Assembly (NCBI GenBank): GCA_028534125.1
Contig: CM052817.1
Span: forward strand, 97,032,001 to 97,096,000
Source: Lama glama
Taxonomy: Eukaryota
Length of the DNA stretch: 64,000 bases
Direction of reading: 5' to 3'
The notes beneath the pieces were generated by a model. It was given only the letters and a program-made list of their open reading frames with translations. It was not told the origin of the DNA and did not search any database. Shown piece by piece: positions 1 to 12,775 of the stretch. The translations under genes were made by a program, and so were the position numbers. Numbering within the stretch: position 1 is the first letter of the stretch; the number at the start of each line of letters is the position of its first letter.

Positions 1-700
1 GGCAGCATGCAGAGGAGGTGGCTGGACTATTTGGGAGACTGGTTACATTGAGCAGATATGTTAATCGAGCAAATAAGTAAATATACTGAGAGTAATGGGA
101 GCCAGATTTTTCACTGTCTGAAAACTGCAGAATTAGAAAAGGGTAATCTAGAAAGAAATCTGTATCCAAAGCAAGTATTGGATTGGAATTAAATGTCATA
201 ATATGAACTCATGTGTTTTAAAATACACAGATAGATACAGAAGTTGTGATATGTATATGTACATATATATGTATGTCTGTGTATATATACACATATACAC
301 ATTTCCTCAGTCTTTCTTCCAGGAAAACCTAGAAGCAGTGACACCCCCTTAGCTGTGAGCACGTTGTGCCTAGACCTTGGCTTCTAAATACTACCCACCA
401 CTGAAGGGAATAAGGGCTCCTTTGGGAAATGGCTGATGTGAGGACTGGGCCAGAGGAGGTATAACGTAAACCTGGGGTACCCTTTTGGATCAGAAAGTAA
501 GGGGTTACTCAAAAATTAAGAGTATGTCAAAAGACACAGGTGCCAGCTAGAAGGGATGCTTGCTGGTCAAATCCAGGATGATTTGAGCATTAACCTAAAT
601 ACTGAGATGGAACTCATGAGGTTAAACAGGACTGTGTGTGTGCTAGCATGTGTCATATATGGCATGCACATATGTGTGTATGTATGTATAGTTGTTAGAC
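1..700 (+). mobile_element. Old L1 (L1MC/L1MD-like) 3' region fragment
   Basis: Resembles L1M 3'UTR text (aataagtaaatatactgagagtaatgggagccag...; aaatggctgat...). Boundaries approximate. Confidence 0.55.
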
Positions 701-1191
701 ACAGAGATGGAATGAAGTGAGGATTGAGAGGAATCTCAGTATAGTGACGAAGAAGAATAAAATAAGGGTATAATCAGTATTAAGATGGGGACAAGAAATC
801 CCAGAGGCATGAGAAGTGGGAAGGCAAGAGAGGGGACTGGCCATCAGCAAAGTGAGCCCCACCCTCTTTGCTGCCCTGTACTTTATATAAAGGAGTTAAA
901 CCAAAAACCAAAAACCACCTCTCAGCTTGTGTTTAAAATAAGCCTCTGCAGTTAAGTTTCCCCTCTACAATCTACATTTATCAGACTCTCCATCCCCCTA
1001 AAATATGTGCCATTCTATCATTTTTCTGCATTTGGAACCCTTGGTAACCTCTTCCCTTGTAGGGAGGAGAGAGGAGAAATTTCAATAATAATTTTTCATC
1101 TCAGCTCCTCCGCAGTTGCACATCAGCAGTTTTTCGGTATTAATACAATTATTTTTGAGTGTGGATGAAAGAAATGTCCGGAAACTTGGCG

Positions 1192-1206
1192 GTGCTGACT
1201 CAGCAC
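1192..1206. promoter_or_regulatory. Perfect palindromic T-MARE / NFE2-BACH-type element GTGCTGACTCAGCAC
   Basis: Exact TGCTGACTCAGCA at 1193-1205. Motif only; function untested. Confidence 0.45.
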
Positions 1207-1881
1207 GTTTGCCTGGGTAATTTTGTCACTTCACCTTGCATGTCCGTTTTCAGTCTAGCCGTTTGACAGAGATGTTGGCACCCCAAGTCCCCTGGGTTTC
1301 GGCAATGTGATTTGTCTCTTTAGGTATCAAAGACATTATTTATAGGTGAGGCTCCCCCACCCCCACCTTTTTCTATGAAGAAATGTCATTTTCAATTGCA
1401 ATTGCCACGACCTGAAAAAAATGACACCCATATTGATTAGTTTGCAAAGAAGAATTAAATTTCTCAGATTCTAAGTACTTAAACCTATTGCTAATGTGAT
1501 AGTAATGAGTCAGATTGATTGTTTCAAAGGAAAGACTTCCCATTTTTTGAAAACTTGTAAGATTTAGTAATATTGTGAGACCTGGAGGCAGGAATTCTTA
1601 TGTTGAATAATGGAGTTATTCTTGGTGTTAGAGCGTTTCCAAAGTAAATAACCTCTAGTAACCTTGATTTCTACTCCTCTATTAACTACATAACCACTTT
1701 TTTTTTTTCTATGAACAGCAGTCTCAACAGAGACCCACTGGAAAGGATGGGTATATTTTGAGAAATTAATAGGAAAATGCTACAAATTTTACTAGTTATC
1801 CAGAGACTTAAACATGTATGTGAAAAAGCTCATGTGAGAACTTAAAATTTATATATGTATTTTTTTTTCAATCTGTTTCAG

Positions 1882-2011
1882 ACGCGGAATCGTTTTGAAG
1901 GAACAAGATCAGAAGTGGAAGAGCTTATGAACAAAATTAGACAGAATCCTAGGGACCACAAACGGGCAAGTCAGTTCACCGCAGAAGGCTACCTGTATGT
2001 ACAGGAAAAAA
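1882..2011 (+). CDS. ARHGAP10: ARHGAP10 (GRAF2) internal coding exon, end of BAR / start of PH (TRNRFEGTRSEVEELMNKIRQNPRDHKRASQFTAEGYLYVQEK), 130 nt
   Basis: Acceptor tgtttcag|ACG, donor AAAA|gtaaga. Peptide matches the GRAF2 sequence as I recall it. Phase-1 end fits the next exon. Confidence 0.95.
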
Positions 2012-3270
2012 GTAAGAGGCTTGTCAACAGTGTTGAGTGGCCAATTAAAATTTATTAAAAAACCCCTTACTGTCCTTACTCTGATGTTTTTGGAATAATT
2101 ATTCCTACCACTTTCTTTTCTCTCTCCTATGCTAGAAGGTGAACGTTGCACTTTTTTTTTTTGTGGGGGAAACACATTCCTGTCCTAGGGAGGGGACGGT
2201 GTGATTAGAAACTCTGTGAGCACCCTGCTTTCCAGCCACGTCCTTGAATTCTGTGCCACGCTTTGCTAAAATTGCTTGCAGAGGAGCTGGGGTTTGGTGG
2301 AAGGCTGAAAACGAGGTTGGGTAGTACCTTTTTCCTTCTTTCCTCTCACCTCCATTTATACCAACACACACACATTCATATACATATGCACCCCCCTCCC
2401 CATAAACCTGCTTCTCCATGTTAAAGTCAATGACATATTTCTCTTCTTTCACACCATTTCTTTCCATACCCATCTGAAATCATTAGTTCTTTCTAAAATT
2501 ACCAGGGCAATTGCACAGGGCTATAAAAAAACGTTCCTAGATGACATCTTGACTTATGTCACCGAATTTTCAGTCTTGTTGCTGTCTTAGTGAGTGTGCA
2601 GTGCATAGGGTAGCCTGATCTTGAAATTAAGGCCCCCCAAAACTCTTTCATACTTGTGACAGTTTGGTGTTACTTCAACGATGAAGCTCTTACAGTTTAC
2701 CTCTTCGCCTGTCGAGCTTGGTTGCCAGTTAGTAGAAAGGAGGAGCGTGTGAAGATGTTTCCGTATTTCCTCTTTTCCTCCCTTCTTCCCCTGGACTGAA
2801 GCCAGGGTGCTTTGGAATTTTCATTTCATTTGTTAACTGTGGCTGATTGACAGGACCTTGAAACTGAGCAGTGCCACAGCAGAGCATCCTCAGGGGCCAG
2901 CCCTGTGATAGCGGTGTTACTGTCGTAACGGTGGTTCTGTTTTCATTTGCCCTCATTGACTGTGGGCTCAGTCTTCACATCTCAGGAAGAAGAGTTATGT
3001 AGCATGGCGGAACTCTAAATTTTTCTGATGCTTTATGTTCTTATTCTCAATTTGTTTACTGAAGTTGAGAGAACTAAATTAAAAGACGGGATACAGACCT
3101 TATAGGTCCAAGTGGAAAAGCAGAGGAAACTTTAATTTTTAGATTCAAAACTGTCACTTGACTGATTGGCTTTGAGAGAAACTGGGCTGAAATTGGACAG
3201 AAAAAAACAACAAAAACGATAGTGTTAGAATTCTTCTCTTGTTAACTGTGTACCAGGCATTGGGCTAATT

Positions 3271-3397
3271 TCTTTTTTTTTTAAATTTATTTATTTTCAA
3301 GTTTTTATTATTTATTCTAGTGGAGGTACTGAGGATGGAACCCAGGACCTCGTGCATGCTAAGTATGGACTCTACCACCGAGCCATATCCTCTCCCC
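3271..3397 (-). mobile_element. tRNA-derived camelid-type SINE (Vic-1-like), inside a MIR
   Basis: Reverse complement reads gggga..ggatatggctcggtggtagag..cttagcatgcacgaggtcctgggttcca (A/B boxes) followed by an A-rich tail. Confidence 0.85.
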
Positions 3398-4708
3398 AGC
3401 TACAAATTTTTTATACAACTTGTTTCATTTAATCCATTAAAAACCTTTATGAAGTGTAAGTGCTGTTATGACCCCATTTACCATTGAGAACACGGAAGCG
3501 CTGAGAGGTAAATGATGTTTCCTGGATCATTCAGCTTCCTAAATGCTGGATTTGTCTGAGACTGGAGTCCGTGTTGCATTCTCTCCCGCAGTACTGCCTG
3601 AAGGTTTGGCGGTGTGAGAAACTGTCATTAATTTCTATGCTCAGGGCTTTTGAGTAGGGTCAGTTAGTGTTAGGAGAGGATGGCAGCTTAATTAGCGGAA
3701 GGACCTTAATATTTGGGGCCAAAGACTCTGAGGTTTGACTCATTTCTCAGGCATTTGGTCTAAGCCTAAGATTTTTTAGATTAAAAAGACAGTCATATAC
3801 TTATTCCTCCTCAAGGCACTTTTCTTGGTATTGAATGAAATACTCTAGTATTTTTATGAACCATAAAATTCAATACTTCAAAATTCAAAATATCAATAAC
3901 AATGCTTGTTATTGATAACACACACATACCAGAGTTGCCCGAACTCTGGTCTTTGCACTAATGATGGTCTGAGATGAGATTTATTGTGGCCCAGTAACCC
4001 CTTTCGTCCCCCTCCCCCACCCCCAAGATAATGTAATTCATTCTTGCTAAAGCTAAATGCATTTCTTTCACATGACTCCTTTACCTCTCCTAAGTTTGTC
4101 CTTCTAGATTTTTAGGTATAAGGGGTTTATTTGTTTGTAGGTGAAATGATGGTGATAATAGGTATTAATTGCTTTTTAAAAAAATTTGATGTCTTTACTT
4201 GGTAAAAGAAAAGAGTATCAAACTGTGTTGGGGCTAACTTTTGTTATGATGGGACCGTCACTGGCTCTTTGAAGTTCTAGATGCTAGCTCCCCCAACTTA
4301 GCCCATCGTCTTTGAAGAGCTCTGATGGTTGTAATACTGACTTAGCAAGAGGTTAAAAGTGGTTCCGAGAATGTTCTGGTGCACACGTGGTCAGCTTACC
4401 CCTAGACCCTTCACACTTCATTTTAAAGCTTAGCATTACCGTTATTAGTCAGTGAGCTGCTTATGAAGTACCATGGTGGGCTTACAGTGCTTGATGGATT
4501 TCTAGACTAGATGCTTTGCAGCGTGTGAGTCTACAGTTGTGTCATTTTGAGAGGCCAGCATTGAATCCAAAACCATCACATAAATTCAGTGGAATTCTTG
4601 AAACCCTCGTGAGCTCTTCATACATAGACACACAAAAGAAATAGAGTTTACGATGAGATTTTCAGGTATGAGATCATCGTCTAGCAAACTCTTTGAAAAG
4701 TGTCTTTA

Positions 4709-4845
4709 GGGGAAGATATAGTTTAAGTGGTAGAGCATGTGCTTAGCATGCGCAGGGTCCTGGGTTCAATCCCCAGTACCTCCATTAAATAAATAAACAA
4801 ACCTAATCACCTCCCTCCCCCGCAAAAAAAAAAAAAAAGAAAAAA
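4709..4845 (+). mobile_element. tRNA-derived camelid-type SINE (Vic-1-like)
   Basis: ggggaagatatagtttaagtggtagagc..gggttcaatccccagtacctcc, (AAAT)n linker, poly(A) tail. Confidence 0.9.
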
Positions 4846-5091
4846 CAGTATGTGTTTAAATTACTTCTGTGTTGCTGAAAGCTGTTAGGACCTTTCTGCA
4901 AACTACCCCTACGAGCCTTCTCATTTCCCCTGGCTTTGCCCTTGCCTGAGGACCCTCCGTGTTGCTGCTTTGTTTCCGTGAGCTGTGTTAGGTGCTGCTT
5001 CTTGGGGTTTCCCTCTTTAGTGATGTGTTTGGGGTTCTGCATTGTGTGCTTATTTATGAGCAAAAACGGCAAGTTCTGTTTCTTGTTGAAG

Positions 5092-5198
5092 GGCCGCCCC
5101 CCTTCGGTTCCAGCTGGGTCAAGCACTACTGCATGTATCGGAAAGCGGCCAAGAAGTTCAACATCATCCCGTTCGAGCACAGGTCTGGGGGGAAGCTT
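5092..5198 (+). CDS. ARHGAP10: ARHGAP10 coding exon, PH domain (RPPPFGSSWVKHYCMYRKAAKKFNIIPFEHRSGGKL), 107 nt
   Basis: Acceptor ttgttgaag|GG, donor CTT|gtgagt. A+GG gives Arg across the junction. Confidence 0.95.
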
Positions 5199-6468
5199 GT
5201 GAGTATTCGCGCGTGCTCCCCATTTACTTGTTCCTCCTGTAAAGGAGCGGGGAGACCCCGGAGCTGGCTGAGGAGGAAAGGGGCCATCTGCATATGTTTT
5301 AAGTGGAAGCTGCAGCTCATTGCAGCAGTAACAGTCAAAACAAAGCTCTTCCCACCAATGCTAAACCTAACTTAACAGATTTTAAGAAGGTTAATTCGTT
5401 GCTTGCTGGGTGGATGGGCATAATTTTGCTTATGTGAAAACAGAATTAACCCAAGTTCACTTGTTTATCTGTACTTTACATCTTCCCGAAAAATACCTAA
5501 AGCAGCTTGTAATACAAGTGCATTTTTGTGATAATGAAACAGACATGGAACATCAGGACCATGACAAAAAGGAGGAAGTGAGGAGGTCACTCTTGGAGGG
5601 TGGTGGGGATAAGACTTGAGCATGAGGTGCATGTGTGAATGAACTCAAGTCCCAAGACGTGACTGCTTAGTCATGTCTTTCTAATTTGGGCACCAAATAA
5701 TAAAAAAATACATTAAAAAATCTAATGAGTATGTTAATGTCTGACTGTTTAATATTAGAGATCTTCACATTCCAGAAAATATAAAAATATTCTAGAAGTG
5801 TTTACTCAGACTTCTTACAGTTCTTAACTGAGAACCTGTTTCTGCATTGCTTCTATCTCCTGTCTATGTCTTTTTAATGCTCTTAGAGAAAGGATGGTTT
5901 AGTGAAGTAAAATAGTACCATATTTAAACAGAAATTTAGTGAAGATAAATTCAGGGTGATTCACTCAGGAAAGAGCGAATCCACATAGATTGAGTGGTTC
6001 TAGCTAGATGATTGCAGTGGCTGATCCAGGGTCCCTAGTGCATTTTTAGGAAGATTCATACGGAATTGATATTTTCCTAGGTCAGGAGTGGTCTCACATT
6101 GACTATTTCATACACGTTGACTGTTTCGTGTGGTATAATGTGTATGAAATAGAATCAAATTATTCTTTTAACAAGAGTACAATAAGAGAATAACACATAT
6201 TAGACATGTGGAAACTGTATTGTTAATCCACCTTTTAAAATGAACACTCCTGAGGTCTGGTTTAATGTTATTGTAATCAAAGCAGGATCTAGAAAACCTG
6301 AAGGAAAGGAGAATGACAAAAATGGTGAAGATTCTAATTAGTGATTAAATAAACGAGTTTGAAGGCGGGTAGGATAAAATCTCAACTTTGGCCCCCCCAT
6401 ATAGGGTGTTTTACTCTGTGTGTGTTGATCCTGTAGTTGCTGAGAATGTTTCAAATGCTTATTTGCAG

Positions 6469-6563
6469 GGGGACGGAGAGGTGTTCTTTCTGAAAGAATG
6501 TACCAAAAGGCATACTGACTCCATTGACAGAAGGTTTTGTTTCGATGTAGAAGCTGCTGACCG
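6469..6563 (+). CDS. ARHGAP10: ARHGAP10 coding exon, PH domain (GDGEVFFLKECTKRHTDSIDRRFCFDVEAADR), 95 nt
   Basis: Acceptor atttgcag|GGG, donor CG|gtaagt. Contains the GRAF-family SIDRRFCFD motif. Confidence 0.95.
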
Positions 6564-7649
6564 GTAAGTTGCTGGAATTTATTGGACTTGATGAAAAGAA
6601 TCATTTTTAAAAAAATGATTTAAAAAATATATAGTAGTTAATTGCAACTGAGGTTTCAATGGCTTGGAAGAATGTGATCTTAGTGCGTTTCCAGGCTGTG
6701 TTTTCACTGTGAGCCGTTTAAGTCTTGGTCGCTGTGTTTAGCTAAGAAGTGATAGCTTAGTCTTGGCTGAAGTGTGGAGTCATTTTAACTTGTGTTGTCA
6801 CTTAAAAAATAACCTTGGCGCATTTCGTTGCTGATCTAAGCCTGATCTGTGGCACTGAAAGAATAATGAGTGAAAGTAAGGAAACAGCGACAAAGCTAAA
6901 AAGAGGTGGTCGTGGCTGTCAATACAGAAACGTATTCATTTGGGTTGGGGGGTGTTTCCATATATAGAGTCAGAGGCAAAACTCTGTTTATTCAAGACTG
7001 GTTATCTTTTTTCCCGTTGTCTGACTTTCAGTTATTTTAGTTAGAAAAGAATCTTTGCCAGAGAGAAGGAAATTAAAAAAAGAGAGGAAAAACAAAGCTC
7101 GTTGGTCAGTGTTACTACTTGTCTGGCATTATTTCTGCAGCACTGAAGACAACGTGGTAGAATATTTCTTTTTCAGTGGCCGACATTATGGAGGCTCCTC
7201 GCCAGCCCTGGTTTTGGCACCTATGGTCTTTAGATAACACTGTTTCATATTTGTAAAATAAAATTTACAGGATGAGGTTTTTTTCAACACAGGTTAATTT
7301 CAGGTGAGGACCCAAGAATATAAAAATAATTAATGCCTCCCCTTCCCTCAGATGATATAACCGAGTCTGTGGCGTTTATGCAGAGCAGGAAGATCTGTGC
7401 TTTGCTTTCCAATAAATGGGTTGCAGACCAGGTACATAAAACTATGTGCTTATGCACTATGGTAAATACGGCACTGCCATGGAAAGGGCAGGTGGTTGGC
7501 GGGCATTTTGCCAAGACTGAGAAAAATGCAAGAGAATGTCATTGTGAAAGAGATTACGTGTCAAGCCAGTAAGGACTGGTTCAAAAACTTCAAGAAGAGA
7601 TCCAGGCTGTGTGATACAGCTTGAGCATAAATATGTGGACATACACCCA

Positions 7650-7895
7650 CAGTAAGCACTAACTGAATTTTGTCTAAATGCCAGACAGTGTTCTGAATTC
7701 TTCTGGGCTCTGTCTCATTTCATCCTCACCCCAACTCCATCAGGCAGATATTATCCTTCTTATTTTATGATGGGAAACCAGGGCAGAGAGAACTTAAGTG
7801 ACTCTCCCAAGGCCACATAGTTAGAAGTGGAAGGGCTAGGATTGGACCTCGTGCGTTCTGCCTCTGGAGCCCAGACTCTTAGCCCCTGTGCTGTG
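7650..7895 (-). mobile_element. MIR SINE
   Basis: MIR core: gaaaccagggcagagagaacttaagtgactctcccaaggccacatagttagaagtgg. Confidence 0.75.
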
Positions 7896-8489
7896 GGTGT
7901 CAGAGTATAACCGTGACATTGTGTTGCTTCCCAAGTAACTGACAGTCGTGAGTCAGCAGTGATGTCTGTTAGAAAATGTGTCAGTTAACCTGCTTCGTTT
8001 TGAAAAGGTACTTCCGTAGTTCTGTATATTGTTTTAACACAATTTGTATTATTTCTTACCTAACTCTATACTTTTTCTGAGACCTTGATCATGCAAAACG
8101 CTCTTCCTCAACTGGGATCCTTAATATGATTAAAACTATTTTCCGCCCTTCACAGAGGTTGCCGACAAATTACTACGGAGTTGTTTTCATCGTGATCATA
8201 ACTTGTAAGGAGACTCTGAGAACTGGGGGAGACCTTAGAGGTGCTCTAGTCTACTTGTTTGCAAACCGCCTGGGAAGAAAACTTTATTTTCAAATAAAAA
8301 AATTTACATTTATGCGTATAGAAAACAGAAAACAGAGTTCCCTTATTAAAGCAGGGGAGGGGGCCTGGATCCCCACCCTCTCAGCTTCCTTCTTCTTACA
8401 GAAATCTCTGCTTTACTTCCATTGATACCCAAAGCCGCCTCCCGGGACCTGGGTGCCGGGGGACGGCTCATCTAGGCTAGATGGTTCAA

Positions 8490-9060
8490 GAAAGGCACAC
8501 AGAGGATCTGATGTCTGAATTGATGACTGAAGGTTTATTTGGAGTCCGCTGGGACTGAGATGTACATTCCAGGCAGAGTGAGTAGCATATATAAAGTTCT
8601 GGTGGCAAGAGACAGCATGGCCCATTTCTGGTCCCCAGGGAAACCCAGCATCACTAGAGCAAAGAGCCAGGGAGGATGGGAGATGAGGCCTGAGATGGGG
8701 GCAAGGGCCTGACCTTGAGGGTTTTGAGTTTAGTCCATTAAATGGTTTTAAGGAGGGCAGCGAGTGATACATTTTAAAATCTCACTCTGGCAGAGCAGAG
8801 GAAGTTTAGAGATGGCAGGAGTGGATGGAAGGGATGTGGGTTGGTGTGGTCATAGCAGGAATGGAGGCCAGGGGATCTCTTTGGGAGAAACTTTTAGAGA
8901 GAAATTTAGAGAGAAATTGAATATTGAAGTATAGGGAGAAGGGGAAGGTTTCTGGCTTGAGCAACAAGCTGGTGCCATTTACCAAGATGCAGCACAGAGG
9001 AGGGTTGAGGAAGATGGTGACTTCAGCTGTGGTCCTGTTGACTTAGATTGCTGTGGGCCA
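8490..9060 (-). mobile_element. L2 LINE remnant
   Basis: Purine-rich L2-like text (ggttttaaggagggcag..cattttaaaatctcactctggcag..ggtgccatttacc). Boundaries approximate. Confidence 0.6.
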
Positions 9061-9889
9061 CTCAGAGGGAAACAGCGCAGCACTTGGCAGCTTTAGCAAC
9101 ATTGGACTTGGCGCTTACCTTCCTCCACCGGGCACCATGCTGCTTCTCCCCTGAGTTTTTGGACCTTTTCATTTTCAGCCCTTGCTCCTTAAGTGTTATT
9201 TCCCACCATTGTCTTGTCGGTTTTTCTCTGTCCGATTGCATGGTTTCACCCTCCAAGTCTCTCTGTCTCCAATCTCTATTTTTCTTACCCTTTTCTGTGT
9301 TTGGAGCTGCTTTTAGAACCTTCAGTTCGCTTTAGGGTATATCTCCAGGTCTCTTCTTCCTTTTACCGTTTTCTTGGTAATTTTGGCATCACTTCAGATG
9401 ACCCTTTGAGCACTTCGCTGCTTTCTTGGGCCCCTCTGCTTCAGTCATCTGGTTCTTGGCCCTCCCTCAGCCGTCCCCTCTCCCGCCCGCTGCTTAGATT
9501 CTGTCATCACAAGGGCTGCACCCCCTCCATCATCTAGTTTGCAAAGCTTTCTTCTTCTGACACCGCCTTCTGTCCTTTGCTGCTTTTTGCTCTTTTCTAG
9601 TGAGTATCCTTGGCTTCCCCATCAAGGCCTTTGATCAGCTGATCCTGCTGTTCCTCAGCTCCTCACACCCTCATTTCTTTCCTTCCTTGGTGTAAATTTC
9701 ATACTCATGAAAGTCACTCTTTTGTGTTTTATTTTTTTTTTGACAAATTTAACAAGTGTTTAAGTTGTACAATTTGATGTTTTTTTGAAGGTTTACAACA
9801 TGATGATTTAATTACATATATATTGTGACATGGGAACCACCACCACCATCACCAATGAAAAGACCCTGTCTTGACCAGTCTTCCCTTTT

Positions 9890-10460
9890 GTCTATGGCCC
9901 ACTTCTCTTTTTTCATAAACAGCAGGAGTTCTCCAGAAAGCTCTTCTACTAACGCCTCTCATTTCCTCCTTCCTGCTCTCGCCTGAGCTCTCTCCAGTCA
10001 GGCCCTTGCCTTCCCCTCTGCACTGTGCCGGTTTCCTCAAGGCCATCACGGTCTTCGTGTGCTTCCTCATCCAGTCAGTCCTCAGTCCTCCTGTTCTTTC
10101 CTGGCAGCAGCATCTGATGTGGCCAGTCACTGTCTCCTCTGTGATGCACTTGCTGCTCTTGGCTCAACAACATCACATCTGCCTGCTTTTTCTCCTACCC
10201 CATCAGCTTTTCAGTTTTTAGACTCCTCTGCCAGTTGCTCATTTCCCAGACCTCTTGATGTGGCTTTCTCTGGAGCTCAGTCTTTGGAGCCCCTCTCCCT
10301 TACCCAAGTGGTCTCATTCAGCCGCTGGACTCTTAAGTGCCATCCGTATGCTGGTAACTTCCAAATTTATTATCTACCTTGGATCTCTTCCCTGAACTCC
10401 AAGTTTTTATATCCAGCTGCCAACTCAGTTGCTTCTGGGATGTATGATAGCATTTCAAAC
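9890..10460 (+). mobile_element. L2 LINE remnant
   Basis: Pyrimidine-rich L2 text (ccatccgtatgctggtaacttccaaatttattatct..ctcttccctgaactcc). Confidence 0.6.
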
Positions 10461-11569
10461 AGTGCCGGGGTGGGAGAGAATAATTGGGTTATTTATAAAT
10501 TTTCTAAGAATTCTTGGGGGGAAAAACACTCTTTATGGAGCCAACATTTTATATAGGTATGTTCATTGTCTTATCCTATAAATACTAATATATAAATCAT
10601 TAAAAAAAACCCAATACATGCTTATTGTAAGTCTTTTTCTTAAGCTCTTTGGTTAACTTGGAAAATTTTCATGTTTGTGTCTCCTTGAGTCTTCAGGATC
10701 ACGTGACTTTCCAGTTGGATTACAGACTTTTGTTGTCTTTGGTCTATTTCCTTATTTTTAAACAGGGGAAAAACTATTCAGGTTTAATGCTACCAGTGGA
10801 AAAGTGTTTGTGGGGCCCCTTAGGTTTCTCCCCCACCGCCCCTGCCACTGTCCAGTGTATTGCTGTTGGTTTGCCACTTTTGGAGCAAAATCTATCCTAA
10901 TTTTGGGGTTTTGAAGGCATTGTTGAGTGAAAAGTTTGAATGAGATAGACTCTTCTTTTTTCTATTTCCCTGATTCTTGGCCAGGCCAACTATTGGGAAT
11001 TATAAGTAATTTGTTCCTTGTCTGTCAGATTATGAATTCCATGAGGTAGGAACCCCATCTTAGTATTACTTGGTACTGTGACACCAAATGCAATGCTTTA
11101 TACGTGGTGGGCATTCACCAAATCTGTACTGGATTGAATGAAATTGGACTGTTGCTTAGAAGTGACAGAGCCAGGATTAGATTCAATCAGGAGATGGTAG
11201 GTGAACTGTTTTTCTTGTGTACACACTGTGGCACTGTGAGCTCCAGTGTTTGCATTCTGCTTAAAGAAAATAAACCCACTTTGGAGTCTGTGGGTATTGC
11301 CGATGAGTTTCTGATGGGCTTTATGCAGAATTCCAATTGCATGCTTCACAGAGCAGTGTCAGAGCTGATTGCCTATGTTTAATGCAAAGTTGTTTTGTCT
11401 TCTCTCCTGGCATCAGTCTTTGCTATTTTTTATGCCTTGTCTTGAAGATGCAGTCAGGTAGCACTGTGACAATAGGTAATACCTCGTAAACTACAGAATG
11501 GAGCCTGGCCTTGCATTTGATCTGTGTGGGTGTCAATCAAGGGCTTTCATTTAATTGCCACATGAATTC

Positions 11570-11975
11570 AAATCAGGTTTGATTGTATGTGACAGACAAA
11601 CTCAAAATAAGATGGCTTAAACAGGGTAAAAGTTGATCTTTTTCCCCCTTCTTTCTGAGGAAGCCTAGAGGTGGTCAGGTTAAGGTTGATATGTGTCTTG
11701 GTGTCAGACACTCTCCCTCCCCATGGTTTACCTTCCTGGTCACCTGAGGTCCAAGATGCTGGCTCCCATTTATTATATAGCCTTGTCTCTTGTGGGAACA
11801 CTTTCCAGAGGAAGCACGCACTACTTTTGCTCGTGTACCACTGGCCTGAATGGAGGGGTTGGCTATACCTAGCTGCAAGGGAAGCTGGGAAGTGCTGAGG
11901 CAAGGAAATTGCTGTCTTCTGTTTCCAGACTCCATGTAGTGTTCTGATACTTGGGGAATCTATTATCAAGAATGA
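11570..11975 (-). mobile_element. MaLR LTR (MLT1J/K-like) remnant
   Basis: tggcttaaacag..cacctagctgcaagggaagctgggaag-like motifs typical of old MLT1 LTRs. Confidence 0.6.
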
Positions 11976-12139
11976 AGGGGAGAAGATCTGGGTGGGGCTG
12001 GTTTCCAACTAGCCAATCATGACTGCTTTGATTATCAGTGGCCATGTGGTGTGTGCATCATTTTCCTTCCCTCAGTTCACTGAAAGATTGCTTCGACTGT
12101 CTTGGTTAGCTAAGAGGTAGTGCTTAAGAACACATGTGC

Positions 12140-12775
12140 TAAGAACACCATGAAAAAAGTGAAAAGACAGCCCACAGAATGGGAGAAAATACCTGCAAAT
12201 GATTCATCTGATGAGGGACTTGTATCCAGAATATATAAAGAACTCGTAACTCCATAATAAAAAGACAAACCAATTAAATGTGGGCAAAAGTTCTGATTCA
12301 GTCATTTCTTGAAAGAAAATACACGGGGTGGCTATAAGCATGTGAAAAGAGGCTTAACATCACTAGCTATTAGGGAAAAATGCCAGTCTAAACCACAATG
12401 AGATATACTCACTGAGATGACTGTAATTGAAAAATCCAGATAATAACCAGTATTGGTGAGGATGTGGAGAAATTGATGGTGGGCATTTGAAATGGCATAG
12501 CTGCTTTGAAACAGTTTGTCACTCTTCAAGAAGTTAAACATAAAGTTACAGCTTGACCCAGAAAATTCTATTCCTAGCTATATAAACAAGAGAAATAAAC
12601 CTATGTCTACCTGAAAACTTGCACAAGAATGTTCATAGAAGCATTATTTGTAATTACCAAAAAGTAGAAACAACCCAGATATCCATCAGCTGATGAATGG
12701 ATAGATAAAATGTGGTACACCCATATGATCAACTGTGATTTGGCAATAAACAGAAATGAAGAGCTAATATGTGCT
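12140..12775 (+). mobile_element. L1 (L1MB-like) ORF2 3' region, left piece, interrupted by nested LTRs
   Basis: gaaaagacagcccacagaatgggagaaaata..gatgaatggatagataaaatgtgg. Sequence resumes at about 14166. Confidence 0.85.

Noticed and set aside
1719..1750. Micro-exon after a poly-T tract (aacag|cag...atgg|gtatat)
   Set aside because: Weak donor, 29 or 32 nt length breaks frame, and the protein reads complete without it.
4709..4785. tRNA gene (A/B boxes), and the seven similar copies
   Set aside because: They have a tRNA-unrelated tail, poly(A) and in several cases TSDs, and lack a proper cloverleaf, so they are SINEs.
10059..10556. 165-aa ORF, the longest in the track
   Set aside because: Lies in a pyrimidine-rich L2 remnant, has a non-ATG start and a Ser/Leu/Pro-biased composition.
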